64,000 nucleotides of DNA, from assembly GCA_023484085.1 (NCBI GenBank), contig JAMDAS010000001.1, positions 1-64,000 on the forward strand, in the 5' to 3' direction. Position 1 is the stretch's first letter; every line of letters starts with the position of its first letter. Of the stretch, positions 42,370 through 51,498 are shown piece by piece. A program made the position numbers and the translations under genes. The DNA is from Candidatus Omnitrophota bacterium. Lineage in GTDB: Bacteria; Ratteibacteria; UBA8468; B48-G9; DTJG01. The notes beneath the pieces were generated by a model. That model did no database searches. It was not told the origin of the DNA and worked only from the letters and a program-made list of their open reading frames with translations.

Positions 42370-43606
42370 TTATGTGTTCCTCGTATTCTTTTCTGAAATA
42401 TTTTATACTGCTTACAACCGGCATAGTTGCAGCATCCCCAAGAGGACAAAAGGTTGTCCCGTAAATATCGTGGGATATGCTTAGAAGAAGGTCTATGTCT
42501 CCATCTCTTCCCTTGTTGTCCATAATCCGTTTATAAACCTTTGCCAGCCAGTCTGTCCCTTCCCTGCATGGACTGCATTTTCCACAGGATTCATCCCTAT
42601 AAAACTTCACCAATCTCGCCGCTGTTTTTACCATGCACCTGTCTTCATTCAAGACTATTACTGCACCTGAACCAAGCATAGACCCTGCTTTTTTAAGCGA
42701 TTCAAAATCCATTTCAATGTTTAAATGAGCATCAGTGAGTATAGGTGTGGATGAGCCTCCAGGAAAAAAGGCTTTCAATTTTTTGCCATCCTTTATTCCA
42801 TCAGCCATTTTTAGTAATTCTTTAAATGATATTCCCATAGGAGTTTCATAAACTCCCGGTTTATTCACGTCCCCGCTTATGCAGAAAATTTTTGTGCCTG
42901 TGCTATGTGGAGTTCCAATACCTGCAAACCATTCAGCACCATTGTCTATTATGCGCGGAATGTTTGCCAGAGTCTCTACGTTATTTATCATGGTAGGTGA
43001 AGCGTAAAGCCCGACAACTACAGGAAAAGGAGGCTTGAGTCTGGGCATGCCTCTTCTTCCTTCAAGAGAATCAAGAAGAGCCGTCTCTTCACCGCATATG
43101 TAGGCTCCTGCACCCCTGAAAACATCAATGTCAATGTCAAGCCCTGACCCGAGAACGTTTTTACCGAGAAACCCCGCCTCCCTTGCCTGGTTGATTGCAC
43201 TGACAAGAATATCCGCGCCCATGGCAAACTCACCTCTTATGTATATGTATGCCTTATGTGCGCCAATTGCATAGCTTGAAATAGCCATCCCCTCAATCAA
43301 TAAATGCGGGTCACCCTCTATAATTGCCCTGTCTTTAAACGTCCCCGGTTCACCCTCATCAGCATTGCATACAAGATATTTAGGTTTAGGTGAGGTTTTT
43401 GGTATAAAACCCCATTTCTTACCCGTAGGAAAACCTGCCCCACCTCTTCCTCTTAATCCTGATTTATCAACTAATTGAATTATCTCATCAGGTTTATATT
43501 CAGAAAGTGCACGCGGCAAGGCTTTATATCCACCATTCTTCATATATGTCCCAATATTTTTCTGTTCAGGTACGTCTGCATATTTCAAAACTATTTTTTC
43601 ACTCAT
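42341..43606 (-). CDS. nuoF: NADH-quinone oxidoreductase subunit F
   Basis: GRGGAGFPTGKKW FMN/NADH site; C-terminal ESCGKCSPCREG 4Fe-4S motif. Confidence 0.9.
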   Translation of the reverse strand: MSEKIVLKYADVPEQKNIGTYMKNGGYKALPRALSEYKPDEIIQLVDKSGLRGRGGAGFPTGKKWGFIPKTSPKPKYLVCNADEGEPGTFKDRAIIEGDPHLLIEGMAISSYAIGAHKAYIYIRGEFAMGADILVSAINQAREAGFLGKNVLGSGLDIDIDVFRGAGAYICGEETALLDSLEGRRGMPRLKPPFPVVVGLYASPTMINNVETLANIPRIIDNGAEWFAGIGTPHSTGTKIFCISGDVNKPGVYETPMGISFKELLKMADGIKDGKKLKAFFPGGSSTPILTDAHLNIEMDFESLKKAGSMLGSGAVIVLNEDRCMVKTAARLVKFYRDESCGKCSPCREGTDWLAKVYKRIMDNKGRDGDIDLLLSISHDIYGTTFCPLGDAATMPVVSSIKYFRKEYEEHINGKCNHTDN

Positions 43607-43620
43607 AATATCCTTAAAAA

Positions 43621-43664
43621 CAACCCAAACTTATTTTTTACTTTAGTTCCGTATAAATATTCAT
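43621..43664. repeat. Truncated repeat fragment R7 between nuoF and nuoE
   Basis: caacccaaacttatttttta…gtataaatattcat. Confidence 0.5.
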
Positions 43665-43681
43665 TATATTGAAATTTAATA

Positions 43682-44161
43682 TTATTGTTTCTCCATCTCC
43701 GATATAATCTTTTCCATTTTTTCGTTTGTCATATTCTCGTAATAGGTATTATTTATCTGCACCACAGGTGCGCCGCCGCAGGCACCGAGACATTCAACGG
43801 TCCGTAGTGCAAATTTACCATCAACTGTTATCTGCCCTTCTTTAATATTCAGTCTGTTTTCCAAAAAAGTGATAATTTTCTCTGCTCCGTGAAGTCCGCA
43901 TGATACATTAGAACACACATAAATCATGTATTGGGCAGAAGGGCTGGTATTGAACATGCCATAAAATGACAACACTGACCCTATCTCAGTAGAACTCAAC
44001 CCCAGAACATCTGCAACCGTTTCCACGTTTTCCTTTGATATGTATCCGTATTTTTTCTGAACAAACTGCAACATCGGTAAAATTGCAGACCTTGGAGTAT
44101 TATATCTTTTCAGAATGCCCTGAAAATCTTTTTCAAGTAAGGTATTTATGCTGTTTTCCAT
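43682..44161 (-). CDS. nuoE: NADH-quinone oxidoreductase subunit E
   Basis: Thioredoxin-like 2Fe-2S subunit (CSNVSCGLHGAE…CLGACGGAPV). Confidence 0.85.
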   Translation of the reverse strand: MENSINTLLEKDFQGILKRYNTPRSAILPMLQFVQKKYGYISKENVETVADVLGLSSTEIGSVLSFYGMFNTSPSAQYMIYVCSNVSCGLHGAEKIITFLENRLNIKEGQITVDGKFALRTVECLGACGGAPVVQINNTYYENMTNEKMEKIISEMEKQ

Positions 44162-45369
44162 TATCTATCTACATCCCCCAACACTATGTCTATACTGGCA
44201 ATTACCGCTATCACGTCCGATATCATTATTCCTTTTAACATTAAAGGTAATGCCTGCAAATTTGCAAAAGAAGGAGTTCTGACCTTTAATCTATATGGCT
44301 TATTCCCGCCATCACTCACAAGGTAAAATCCCAGTTCACCCCTTGCGGATTCCACAGCAACGTACGTTTCTCCTTCAGGGACAGGAAACCCGGCACTGAC
44401 TATCTTAAAATGGTGTATCATCTCCTCCATCCCAAGTTCCGCATTTCTTTTCGGTGGAAGAATAATGTCCGGTCTGTCAACAACGTTAACAGGACCTGAT
44501 GGAAGATTTTTGACTGCCTGTGAAATAATTCTTAAACTCTGGCGCATTTCCTCCATTCTCACCAAATACCTGTCGTACACGTCGCCATGAGTTCCCACCG
44601 GAACGTCAAATTCAAAAAGCTCATACCCTGAGTAAGGATGCGCAGTCCGGATATCCCACTTAACACCACTTGCCCTGAGAAGAGGTCCGCTTACCCCGAA
44701 ATTGATTGCATCCTCTGCAGAAAGAACCCCTAATCCCACGGTTCTTTCCTTCCAGATTATATTTTTCGTCAAAAGGGTTTCATATTCATTTATCTTTGAT
44801 GGGAATACGTTAATAAAATTTTTTAATCGGTCTATAAATCCATCAGGGAAATCCAGGTAAAATCCGCCCACTCTCATATAACCTGAATTCATCCTGTATC
44901 CTGAACACATTTCAAAAAGTTCAAGTATAAGTTCTCTTTCCCTGAAAGTATAAAGCATTACACTCATGGCTCCTAATTCAAGCGCATGGGTTCCCAGCCA
45001 TACAAGATGGCTTGCAATTCTCTGAAGCTCGCAAAGTATAATCCTCATAAACTTTACGCGCTCAGGCACCTCAATGCCAAGAAGCTTTTCAACGGCAAGA
45101 ATATATCCAATTTCATTAAAAAAACAGGACAGGTAATCCATCCTGTCCACTATGGTGATTGCCTGGACGTATCTTTCAGACTCAATGGTCTTTTCCATTC
45201 CTGTATGAAGATAGCCAATCACCGTATTTGAATTTACAACAATTTCACCATCCAGCTCCAGAACAACCCGCAAAACCCCGTGCGTACTGGGATGTTGGGG
45301 TCCCACATTCAATATCATTGTATCTCTTTCAGTCTCTGTATTTACCATGGTCTGTCCTGTTTGGTCCAT
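44161..45369 (-). CDS. nuoD: NADH-quinone oxidoreductase subunit D
   Basis: 402 aa NiFe-hydrogenase large-subunit-like 49-kDa subunit. Confidence 0.9.
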   Translation of the reverse strand: MDQTGQTMVNTETERDTMILNVGPQHPSTHGVLRVVLELDGEIVVNSNTVIGYLHTGMEKTIESERYVQAITIVDRMDYLSCFFNEIGYILAVEKLLGIEVPERVKFMRIILCELQRIASHLVWLGTHALELGAMSVMLYTFRERELILELFEMCSGYRMNSGYMRVGGFYLDFPDGFIDRLKNFINVFPSKINEYETLLTKNIIWKERTVGLGVLSAEDAINFGVSGPLLRASGVKWDIRTAHPYSGYELFEFDVPVGTHGDVYDRYLVRMEEMRQSLRIISQAVKNLPSGPVNVVDRPDIILPPKRNAELGMEEMIHHFKIVSAGFPVPEGETYVAVESARGELGFYLVSDGGNKPYRLKVRTPSFANLQALPLMLKGIMISDVIAVIASIDIVLGDVDR

Positions 45370-45827
45370 TTGGCAGGTATAAAACCCTTCAAAGGATAAT
45401 CTTTACGCAAAGGGTATCCTGTCCAATCATCCGGCATCAAAATACGCTTCATAGCAGGATGCCCTGAAAATTTTATTCCATACATGTCAAAAACCTCTCT
45501 TTCAAACCAGTTTGCACCCCTCCATACAGATGATACGGATGGAACAGAATGGTTTTCCGGAACGAGCACCTTAAGCGTAAGCCTGTTTTTATTTTTCATT
45601 GAATAAACGTGATATACCACTGCAAATCTCGGTTCTTTTCCTAAATAATCAACACCGGATATGCCAGAGATATAATCATATGCAAGATCTTCATCGTCAT
45701 GCAGGAACCGGCACACATTTACTATGTCCCCGGGGTTTACCAGCACTGTCGTCTCATTTCTGCATGTTTTTACTTCAAGAACTGCGTCAGAACATTTTTC
45801 TTTGAGTTTTTCTGTCAGATTATTCAT
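45342..45827 (-). CDS. nuoC: NADH-quinone oxidoreductase subunit C
   Basis: 161 aa 30-kDa subunit, separate from nuoD. Confidence 0.85.
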   Translation of the reverse strand: MNNLTEKLKEKCSDAVLEVKTCRNETTVLVNPGDIVNVCRFLHDDEDLAYDYISGISGVDYLGKEPRFAVVYHVYSMKNKNRLTLKVLVPENHSVPSVSSVWRGANWFEREVFDMYGIKFSGHPAMKRILMPDDWTGYPLRKDYPLKGFIPAKWTKQDRPW

Positions 45828-46300
45828 ATTCTTAGTTTTTCCCTGTCAATCTTTTGTTGCAGTTTCATAACCCCCTGAAGCAGAAGCTCCGGTCTTGGAG
45901 GACATCCAGGAACATAAACGTCAACAGGTACTATTTCATCAACACCCTGAACCACAGCATAATTTTTAAAAACACCGCCACATGAGGCACAGGCACCCAT
46001 TGCAATAACCCATTTTGGTTCCGCCATCTGATCGTATAACTGCCGTAGAACAGGTGCCATTTTGCGGGAAACCCTGCCCGCCACTATCATCAGGTCTGAC
46101 TGTCGCGGTGAGCCCCTGAACACTTCTGACCCAAACCGGGCTATGTCATGATGGGAAGCTGAGGTTGCCATCATTTCTATGGCGCAGCATGCCAATCCGA
46201 ATGTCATAGGCCAAATAGAGGACCTACGCGCCCAGTTGGTAATCTTTGTCAGACTGGTCAGAATGATACGATTGCTTATTAAAAACTCTTTTTCTCCCAC
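45824..46300 (-). CDS. nuoB: NADH-quinone oxidoreductase subunit B
   Basis: CCAIEMM … GACASCGG … PGCPP cluster N2 motifs. Confidence 0.9.
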   Translation of the reverse strand: MGEKEFLISNRIILTSLTKITNWARRSSIWPMTFGLACCAIEMMATSASHHDIARFGSEVFRGSPRQSDLMIVAGRVSRKMAPVLRQLYDQMAEPKWVIAMGACASCGGVFKNYAVVQGVDEIVPVDVYVPGCPPRPELLLQGVMKLQQKIDREKLRI

Positions 46301-46647
46301 TCAAATCCTCCACGTTTCAGAACGTATAGATACCCTGCAAGAAGAACCAAAATAAAAATAACCATTTCCACGTAACCTGGAACCCCGAGCTTTTTAAACA
46401 CCACTGCCCAGGGATAAACAAATACCAATTCCACGTCAAATACGACAAACAGCATAGCAACAGGATAAAACTTTATGGGGAATCTTTTCCTTGCAACGTC
46501 TTCAGGTATTATTCCACACTCGTAGGGAACAGATTTCGCCGCACCCGGGTTTTTAGGCCCGATAAAATTTGATAAAACCACCGACGTAAGAATAAAAAAA
46601 CCTACGAGCGCCGCCAAAATGAATAATGGTAAATAGATATAAATCAT
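46279..46647 (-). CDS. nuoA: NADH-quinone oxidoreductase subunit A
   Basis: 122 aa, three TM helices, first gene of operon. Confidence 0.85.
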   Translation of the reverse strand: MIYIYLPLFILAALVGFFILTSVVLSNFIGPKNPGAAKSVPYECGIIPEDVARKRFPIKFYPVAMLFVVFDVELVFVYPWAVVFKKLGVPGYVEMVIFILVLLAGYLYVLKRGGFEWEKKSF

Positions 46648-46653
46648 GGACGT

Positions 46654-47397
46654 TTAAGTATTTTGTAAAATTTCAACATTTGTATTCCCACTCTTTGGAT
46701 TTGCAATAAAAGAAACAAGCAGACTTACACCATATAAAAAAAACATAGGTATTGCCATCATAAACATACTGAACATATCAGGTGATGGCGCTAATATGGC
46801 AGCCACAATAAAAATACCAACAATAGCATATCTGATTTTGCCTGTCAAAAATTTCCAGTTTAACATGCCGAACTTTGTCAAAAAGAAACTCAGGACAGGC
46901 ATCTGGAATATTATCCCCCCGGCTATAAGTGTGCCTACAACAAAAGAAATATAACTTGCAGCGGAAATCATGGGTGTTAGCTGAGTCCCTCCCAATAGCA
47001 ATAAAAATTTAAGTCCTGCAGGCAGAACCAGCAAAAAGATAAATGCCATTCCTGCTAAAAATAACAGTGTTGCAAAAAGGACAAAGATTACAATGTATTT
47101 TTGGGTTTTTCTTTCCATGGCAGGAGCAATAAATTCCCATACCTGAAACATAATTACAGGAAGAGAAATTACCAGACCCGTAAGAATGGATATCCGAAGA
47201 TAAACAAGAAAAGCATCCTGCGGGCTGAAAAATACAAAGTTATGTATAATTCCCTTGCATGGCAATTCCAGGAATCCAAAAACGTCCTTACTGAAAGGGA
47301 AAGATACAACAATCCCTATACCAACAAATATCAGGCATACTATAAGCCTGTATCTCAATTCGACAATGTGCTCCCACAAAGACATTTCCTTATACAT
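46654..47397 (-). CDS. tatC: Sec-independent protein translocase TatC
   Basis: 247 aa six-TM TatC family (…LWEHIVELRYRLI…). Confidence 0.8.
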   Translation of the reverse strand: MYKEMSLWEHIVELRYRLIVCLIFVGIGIVVSFPFSKDVFGFLELPCKGIIHNFVFFSPQDAFLVYLRISILTGLVISLPVIMFQVWEFIAPAMERKTQKYIVIFVLFATLLFLAGMAFIFLLVLPAGLKFLLLLGGTQLTPMISAASYISFVVGTLIAGGIIFQMPVLSFFLTKFGMLNWKFLTGKIRYAIVGIFIVAAILAPSPDMFSMFMMAIPMFFLYGVSLLVSFIANPKSGNTNVEILQNT

Positions 47398-47432
47398 TTT
47401 TACTCAGGTATCTGAAATTCTGACATTACAAG

Positions 47433-47545
47433 CACTACCTGTGCATACTCTCCGCCTTCTTTGGAAAGACAACTACCTGTATGGTAAAAACAGGCGTCGT
47501 GGTGAATTATAAAGCAGTAAAGAGAAATCCAGAACTTATCTCTTA
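47433..47545. repeat. Repeat copy R11 (inverted orientation; ~90-bp hairpin-rich module also found inside R8)
   Basis: cactacctgtgcatactctccgccttctttggaaag…cctgtatggtaaaaacaggcgtcgtggtgaattataaagcag…agaacttatctc is reverse complement of 49631-49745 with few mismatches. Confidence 0.75.
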
Positions 47546-47600
47546 CTTTGAGTATGGCATAAATAAATCTCTATGTCAGAATTTCATTCAGGTATAGAAA

Positions 47601-47813
47601 CTATTTACTTTTTTTATTTTCTTTATCTTTTTCTGAAGATTCATCTTCATCATTATCCTGTGTAAATTCCTTTTGGGATTCTTTCATACCTTTTTTAAAT
47701 TCACCCAATGCCTTTCCAAGAGAACGGCCTACTTCAGGTAAACGGTTTGCACCAAAAAGAATAAGAATAATAAGCAGTATAAACAGAATTTCGGGCATAC
47801 CTAAATCAAACAT
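47601..47813 (-). CDS. tatA: Twin-arginine translocase TatA/E family protein
   Basis: 70 aa, N-terminal TM helix + FG hinge + amphipathic helix (ILFILLIILILFGANRLPEVGRSLGKA). Confidence 0.85.
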   Translation of the reverse strand: MFDLGMPEILFILLIILILFGANRLPEVGRSLGKALGEFKKGMKESQKEFTQDNDEDESSEKDKENKKSK

Positions 47814-47895
47814 TGTAACTACCTCCTATCAGCAATTCATCTTCATTCGTCTAAATATCCGGGCCGGATTCCAACCATAGATATTATATTAAATT

Positions 47896-48495
47896 TTATT
47901 TAAGAAATAAAGCCCAATATAAAGCAACTGCTTTTTTAACAGCAAATGCAGCGGAAGATGATGAAATAGTAGCGCCGCTTACCGAATCAATATCCTTTCC
48001 AACTTCAATTGGACTTTTAATGTTTTTCCCGATAAACTGTTTCAGCCAGACCTTGTTTGCAATGGGTCTGCCCCATTGTTCCCTATATTTCATAACCACA
48101 ACTCTTTTCACTGACCCATCAGGATTTAGACCTATCATAAATGTGTTCTGTCCCCATCTTCCCGGTTCAACGTCTATAAGAGCCACACCTACTTCTTTTC
48201 CATCCCTGGTTCCTTTATAAAATGTAAAGGTAGTTGTAGGTTCTACCCCCCAATTTTCTCCTACAGGAGATTTGTATACTAATCTATCTCCTAATTTTCT
48301 TTCAACCTCACGTTTTTCTTCATGACTAACTAATTTTTTCACTATAGGTGTTATTTGCACTCCGGTTCCCAGCACCATTTGCAATGCCTGGTCTTGTGTA
48401 GCGAGTGTCTGGTAAGCGTTTGCCTGACTTGTTAAAAATAAAACACCCGCTCCTGCTGCTGCCAATAATAATAGCTTTTTACTCATTCTACACAT
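47896..48495 (-). CDS. Exported FMN-binding domain protein (ApbE substrate-type)
   Basis: Signal peptide; C-terminal DSVSGATISS flavinylation motif (S/T-G-A-T/S) of FMN_bind domains. Confidence 0.6.
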   Translation of the reverse strand: MCRMSKKLLLLAAAGAGVLFLTSQANAYQTLATQDQALQMVLGTGVQITPIVKKLVSHEEKREVERKLGDRLVYKSPVGENWGVEPTTTFTFYKGTRDGKEVGVALIDVEPGRWGQNTFMIGLNPDGSVKRVVVMKYREQWGRPIANKVWLKQFIGKNIKSPIEVGKDIDSVSGATISSSSAAFAVKKAVALYWALFLK

Positions 48496-48526
48496 TTTTT
48501 TGTTCCTCCTTTTTATTTGGACTTTC

Positions 48527-49588
48527 TTAGTTTGTGGTTCCTGATTTTTTTCCGCGTGTTTCCAAATCTTTTTTTAGACCCGGGCTGGTCCATAATTTCC
48601 CGGATTCCGTTATAATGATAGCCTGTATCTCTGGCTCTTTCTTTAATGCTTTCAAACCATTTTGGGGCCCCATAACAAAAAGAGTAGTCCCCCATGCATC
48701 AGTTAATGCTGCTCCTGGTCCGATAGCTGTTGTCCCTATAACGCCATGGGCAGGCCAGCCTGTTTTAGGATTAAAGATATGACTATACCTTTTGCCATTA
48801 TAAAAAAAATAATGTTCATAATCACCCGAAGAAGCAACATACAGGTCTTCTATTTTCATATATCCCAAAAGACCTTTACCCCGTGGTGATTTAATTCCAA
48901 CAACCCACATTTTTTTATTGTCTTTTCCTAATGCATATATATCCCCGCCACCATTAATCAAAGCAGATTTTATTCCATTTGCTTTTAATACTTTTACAGC
49001 CTGGCCAACAGCATAACCTTTTGTAAGAGCCCCCAAATCTATTTCAATACTCTTTTTATCCTTAATCAGTGCCCCATTATGAATCCTTAAATGCCACCAG
49101 CCAACATATTTAAGGGCTTTTCTTATGTTTTTTTCAGAAGGGACATGTGGATGTTCTGTATCAAAACCCCAGAGTGCAACCAGAGGGTGTATTGTAATAT
49201 CAAATGCTCCTCCTGATTCTTTGCTAATCTTTATTGCTTCTTTTACTACATGAAGAATATCCGGATTAGTAATTGGTGTTCCATAGTGATTAAATTTATA
49301 AACAGGACTTTTGGGATTTTCCGGGTTCATTTCATTTCCTATCTCTTCCATCCTGTCCATTGCTAAATTAATAGCATGGTCCGTAATCTTTTTATTCGGA
49401 CCATATGCAGATATAATTATATATGTATACATCATATAGCGCATTTCTTTATACAGGTGTTCTACACTACCATTTTGTTCATGCACTATAGATTGATGAT
49501 TTGTGTTATTCTCACCCCATACAACGTTTATTGAACACATCAACATAAAAATTAGTATTCCAGCAAAAACTTTATTTTTCATAAGCAT
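48527..49588 (-). CDS. apbE: FAD:protein FMN transferase (ApbE family)
   Basis: 353 aa ApbE family, signal peptide, adjacent to FMN-binding domain substrate gene. Confidence 0.75.
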   Translation of the reverse strand: MLMKNKVFAGILIFMLMCSINVVWGENNTNHQSIVHEQNGSVEHLYKEMRYMMYTYIIISAYGPNKKITDHAINLAMDRMEEIGNEMNPENPKSPVYKFNHYGTPITNPDILHVVKEAIKISKESGGAFDITIHPLVALWGFDTEHPHVPSEKNIRKALKYVGWWHLRIHNGALIKDKKSIEIDLGALTKGYAVGQAVKVLKANGIKSALINGGGDIYALGKDNKKMWVVGIKSPRGKGLLGYMKIEDLYVASSGDYEHYFFYNGKRYSHIFNPKTGWPAHGVIGTTAIGPGAALTDAWGTTLFVMGPQNGLKALKKEPEIQAIIITESGKLWTSPGLKKDLETRGKKSGTTN

Positions 49589-49601
49589 AAATTAAATATA
49601 T

Positions 49602-49619
49602 TTGTTGCTTTTTTCACAA
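49602..49619. promoter_or_regulatory. 18-bp TTGTGAA-N4-NNNACAA operator-like motif overlapping the apbE start region
   Basis: Minus-strand reading TTGTGAAAAAAGCAACAA; left half is perfect Rex half-site TTGTGAA; same architecture repeated twice upstream of porin gene. Confidence 0.35.
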
Positions 49620-49630
49620 ATATATATTCA

Positions 49631-49811
49631 GATATAAGTTATGGATTGCTCTTTCCTGCTTTATAAATTCACCACGACGCCTGTTTTTAGCAAACAGGCA
49701 GTCGCTCTCCAAAGAAGGCGGAGAGTATGCACAGGTAGTGCCTGTTCTGTGCATAATAAAGATTTAAAGACAATCCAAACTTACTTCAGACGTCGTTCAC
49801 TGAGTATTTAC
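49631..49811. repeat. Composite repeat copy R8 (module A + ~90-bp hairpin insert + module B)
   Basis: gatataagttatggattgctcttt…[cctgtttttagcaaacagg; ctctccaaagaaggcggagag hairpins]…agacaatccaaacttacttcag…cactgagtatttac. Confidence 0.8.
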
Positions 49812-49821
49812 GGTATTGTTA

Positions 49822-49866
49822 TGATAATAAAAATAATTTATCATATGAAAATTTTTTGTCAAATTT
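49822..49866 (-). promoter_or_regulatory. Candidate sigma70-type promoter module (TTGACA -35), duplicated at 51431-51476
   Basis: Minus strand: aaaTTTGACAaaaaattttcatatgaTAAATTattttt; -35 TTGACA, ~16-nt spacer, TAAATT -10-like; near-identical 45-bp copy downstream of the ubiA/menA-like gene. Confidence 0.3.
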
Positions 49867-49940
49867 CAGTTTTTCCCCCCATCTATTCTAAGAATAGATG
49901 GGGGGAATTATATACAACCTTTCAATTTTCCATGACTATA

Positions 49941-51275
49941 CTAAAAATCTGTTCGCCATCCAACGGTAAGCCTGCTATAGTCAAGACCGCCTATCTCCGG
50001 ATTGGTTGATTTTCCCACGGATAATTCACCCATAATAACCGATGTTGGCGTAATAAAATAGTCAACGCCGTAAGTTACAGTCTTATAGGTACTATAATAT
50101 CCATCAAAACCAGGATTACCCTCAATACCATCAACAGCAGAAAATCCGCCCGGTAAATCCTTTGCATAGGAATATTGTACAAGACTCTGCCATTTTGGAT
50201 TAAACCTGTAAAGACTTTCAATATAATAGGCATCCGTTTTAGCGTCTATCGTACCGGATACTGCACCAGGTACACTATCCCATTTGCCTCCTATCTCTTC
50301 ACCTTTCAAAGTCCATTTGGCATAATTCAAAACAAGCCCAAGTTCATCCCTTGAAAAATTATGGCTGCTGGTATTATCCCACTTACCTGCAAGATAAGAA
50401 CCCTCAAATTTCACCTGGCTATTACCGGACAGAAAAATATTTGGAGCAACATGGACCATGACTGCCTTTGACTGGTCAGTTCCAACATCGCTGCTGTTGA
50501 TAAAATTACTTAACAGATAAAAATATACAGGTATACCCCAGTTTCCTACATAATAGTGTTTATCAAGTTCCACTCCAGCAGCATGTAATGGTAGAACCCG
50601 GCACATTCCTGGCGGAAGATGATAAAGCTGTGTCCAGAAAATTCCTCTCGCGTACTCCTCAGAAAACTCTGGTGTTAATGCACCTGCTTTCAGGTCCCAT
50701 TCATGCGGTAATGATGCATCCACATACGCTTTCCATAAAGTGAATTTGTATCCGCTCATTGACCGGGTTATTCCTGGCGTTACATTCGGTGTAGCTAATG
50801 TAACAGCCTTTATCCAGGGGTCTACTTCTATACTAAGATTTGGTGTAATCTGCTTATGCATAAAAAGCCATAGCATACTAACTCCCGCACTTGGATTATT
50901 GGACTGGTTCGCCCCATCTTCCGTTCCCCATGACTGGTCAAAAAGATACAGCTTCAGGTGGCCATGAATGGTTAACGCTTTGCTCGCTTCTTCTTGTTGT
51001 TGTTTTTCTTGTTTGACGGATCTTTTTCGTAGATATTTAATACGTCTCAATGCTCTTGCTGTCCGTCTTGACTGGGTGGTTTGATTTTTCTCCAATTGGG
51101 TTACCTGTTTTTGTAATGTATTAAGCACTGATTGCAGTTGCTCAATCTTTTTTTGCAGTTTTGCAACCTGTTTACCGTTACCTGGATCCTGAGCCGCCCT
51201 GGCAGAAACGACTGTCAGCATTAACCCAGCCGCCATACATACTAAAATTAATTTCTTATACAGCATTTTTTTCAC
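49941..51275 (-). CDS. Outer-membrane beta-barrel (porin-like) protein with N-terminal coiled coil
   Basis: Signal peptide (MKKMLYKKLILVCMAAGLMLTVVSARAA), coiled-coil segment, alternating amphipathic strands, C-terminal …GWRTDF terminal-Phe OMP signature; strong AGGAGG SD. Confidence 0.55.
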   Translation of the reverse strand: MKKMLYKKLILVCMAAGLMLTVVSARAAQDPGNGKQVAKLQKKIEQLQSVLNTLQKQVTQLEKNQTTQSRRTARALRRIKYLRKRSVKQEKQQQEEASKALTIHGHLKLYLFDQSWGTEDGANQSNNPSAGVSMLWLFMHKQITPNLSIEVDPWIKAVTLATPNVTPGITRSMSGYKFTLWKAYVDASLPHEWDLKAGALTPEFSEEYARGIFWTQLYHLPPGMCRVLPLHAAGVELDKHYYVGNWGIPVYFYLLSNFINSSDVGTDQSKAVMVHVAPNIFLSGNSQVKFEGSYLAGKWDNTSSHNFSRDELGLVLNYAKWTLKGEEIGGKWDSVPGAVSGTIDAKTDAYYIESLYRFNPKWQSLVQYSYAKDLPGGFSAVDGIEGNPGFDGYYSTYKTVTYGVDYFITPTSVIMGELSVGKSTNPEIGGLDYSRLTVGWRTDF

Positions 51276-51279
51276 CTCC

Positions 51280-51351
51280 TTGTTCTTTTTTTCACAAACA
51301 ATGTGAAAAAAATAATAGAAAATTATTCAGACTTTGTTCTTTTTTTCACAA
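51280..51351. promoter_or_regulatory. Two direct copies of 18-bp TTGTGAAAAAAAGAACAA motif (54-bp spacing) at the porin translation start
   Basis: Plus-strand ttgttctttttttcacaa at 51280-51297 and 51334-51351. Minus-strand reading TTGTGAA(A)4-5 … ACAA; first copy sits immediately 5' of the SD. Confidence 0.35.
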
Positions 51352-51430
51352 ATAGAATCAAAAAAATTTACATAACCTGCTTTTTGTTTAATTTATATTA
51401 TTACTGTTATTATCATCATTATTATTATTC

Positions 51431-51476
51431 TGATAATGATAATAATTTAACATATAAAAATTTTTTGTCAAATTTA
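51431..51476 (-). promoter_or_regulatory. Second copy of TTGACA promoter-like module, upstream of porin gene
   Basis: Minus: aaaTTTGACAaaaaattttttatatgTTAAATtatta; followed by AT-only microsatellite-like tract (ataat/attatt). Confidence 0.3.
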
Positions 51477-51498
51477 TTTTGTGGCCATGTTGAAAATA

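Noticed and set aside
48513-48695. 60-aa minus-strand ORF overlapping apbE 3' end
   Set aside because: Entirely within/overlapping the ApbE ORF in another frame; no independent support.
49875-49905. G6 palindrome as rho-independent terminator
   Set aside because: No T/U-rich tract follows the stem on either strand.
51380-51440. AT-only microsatellite-like tract (ataat/attatt units) as a functional repeat
   Set aside because: Imperfect, very low complexity in an AT-rich promoter region; likely compositional rather than a defined element.
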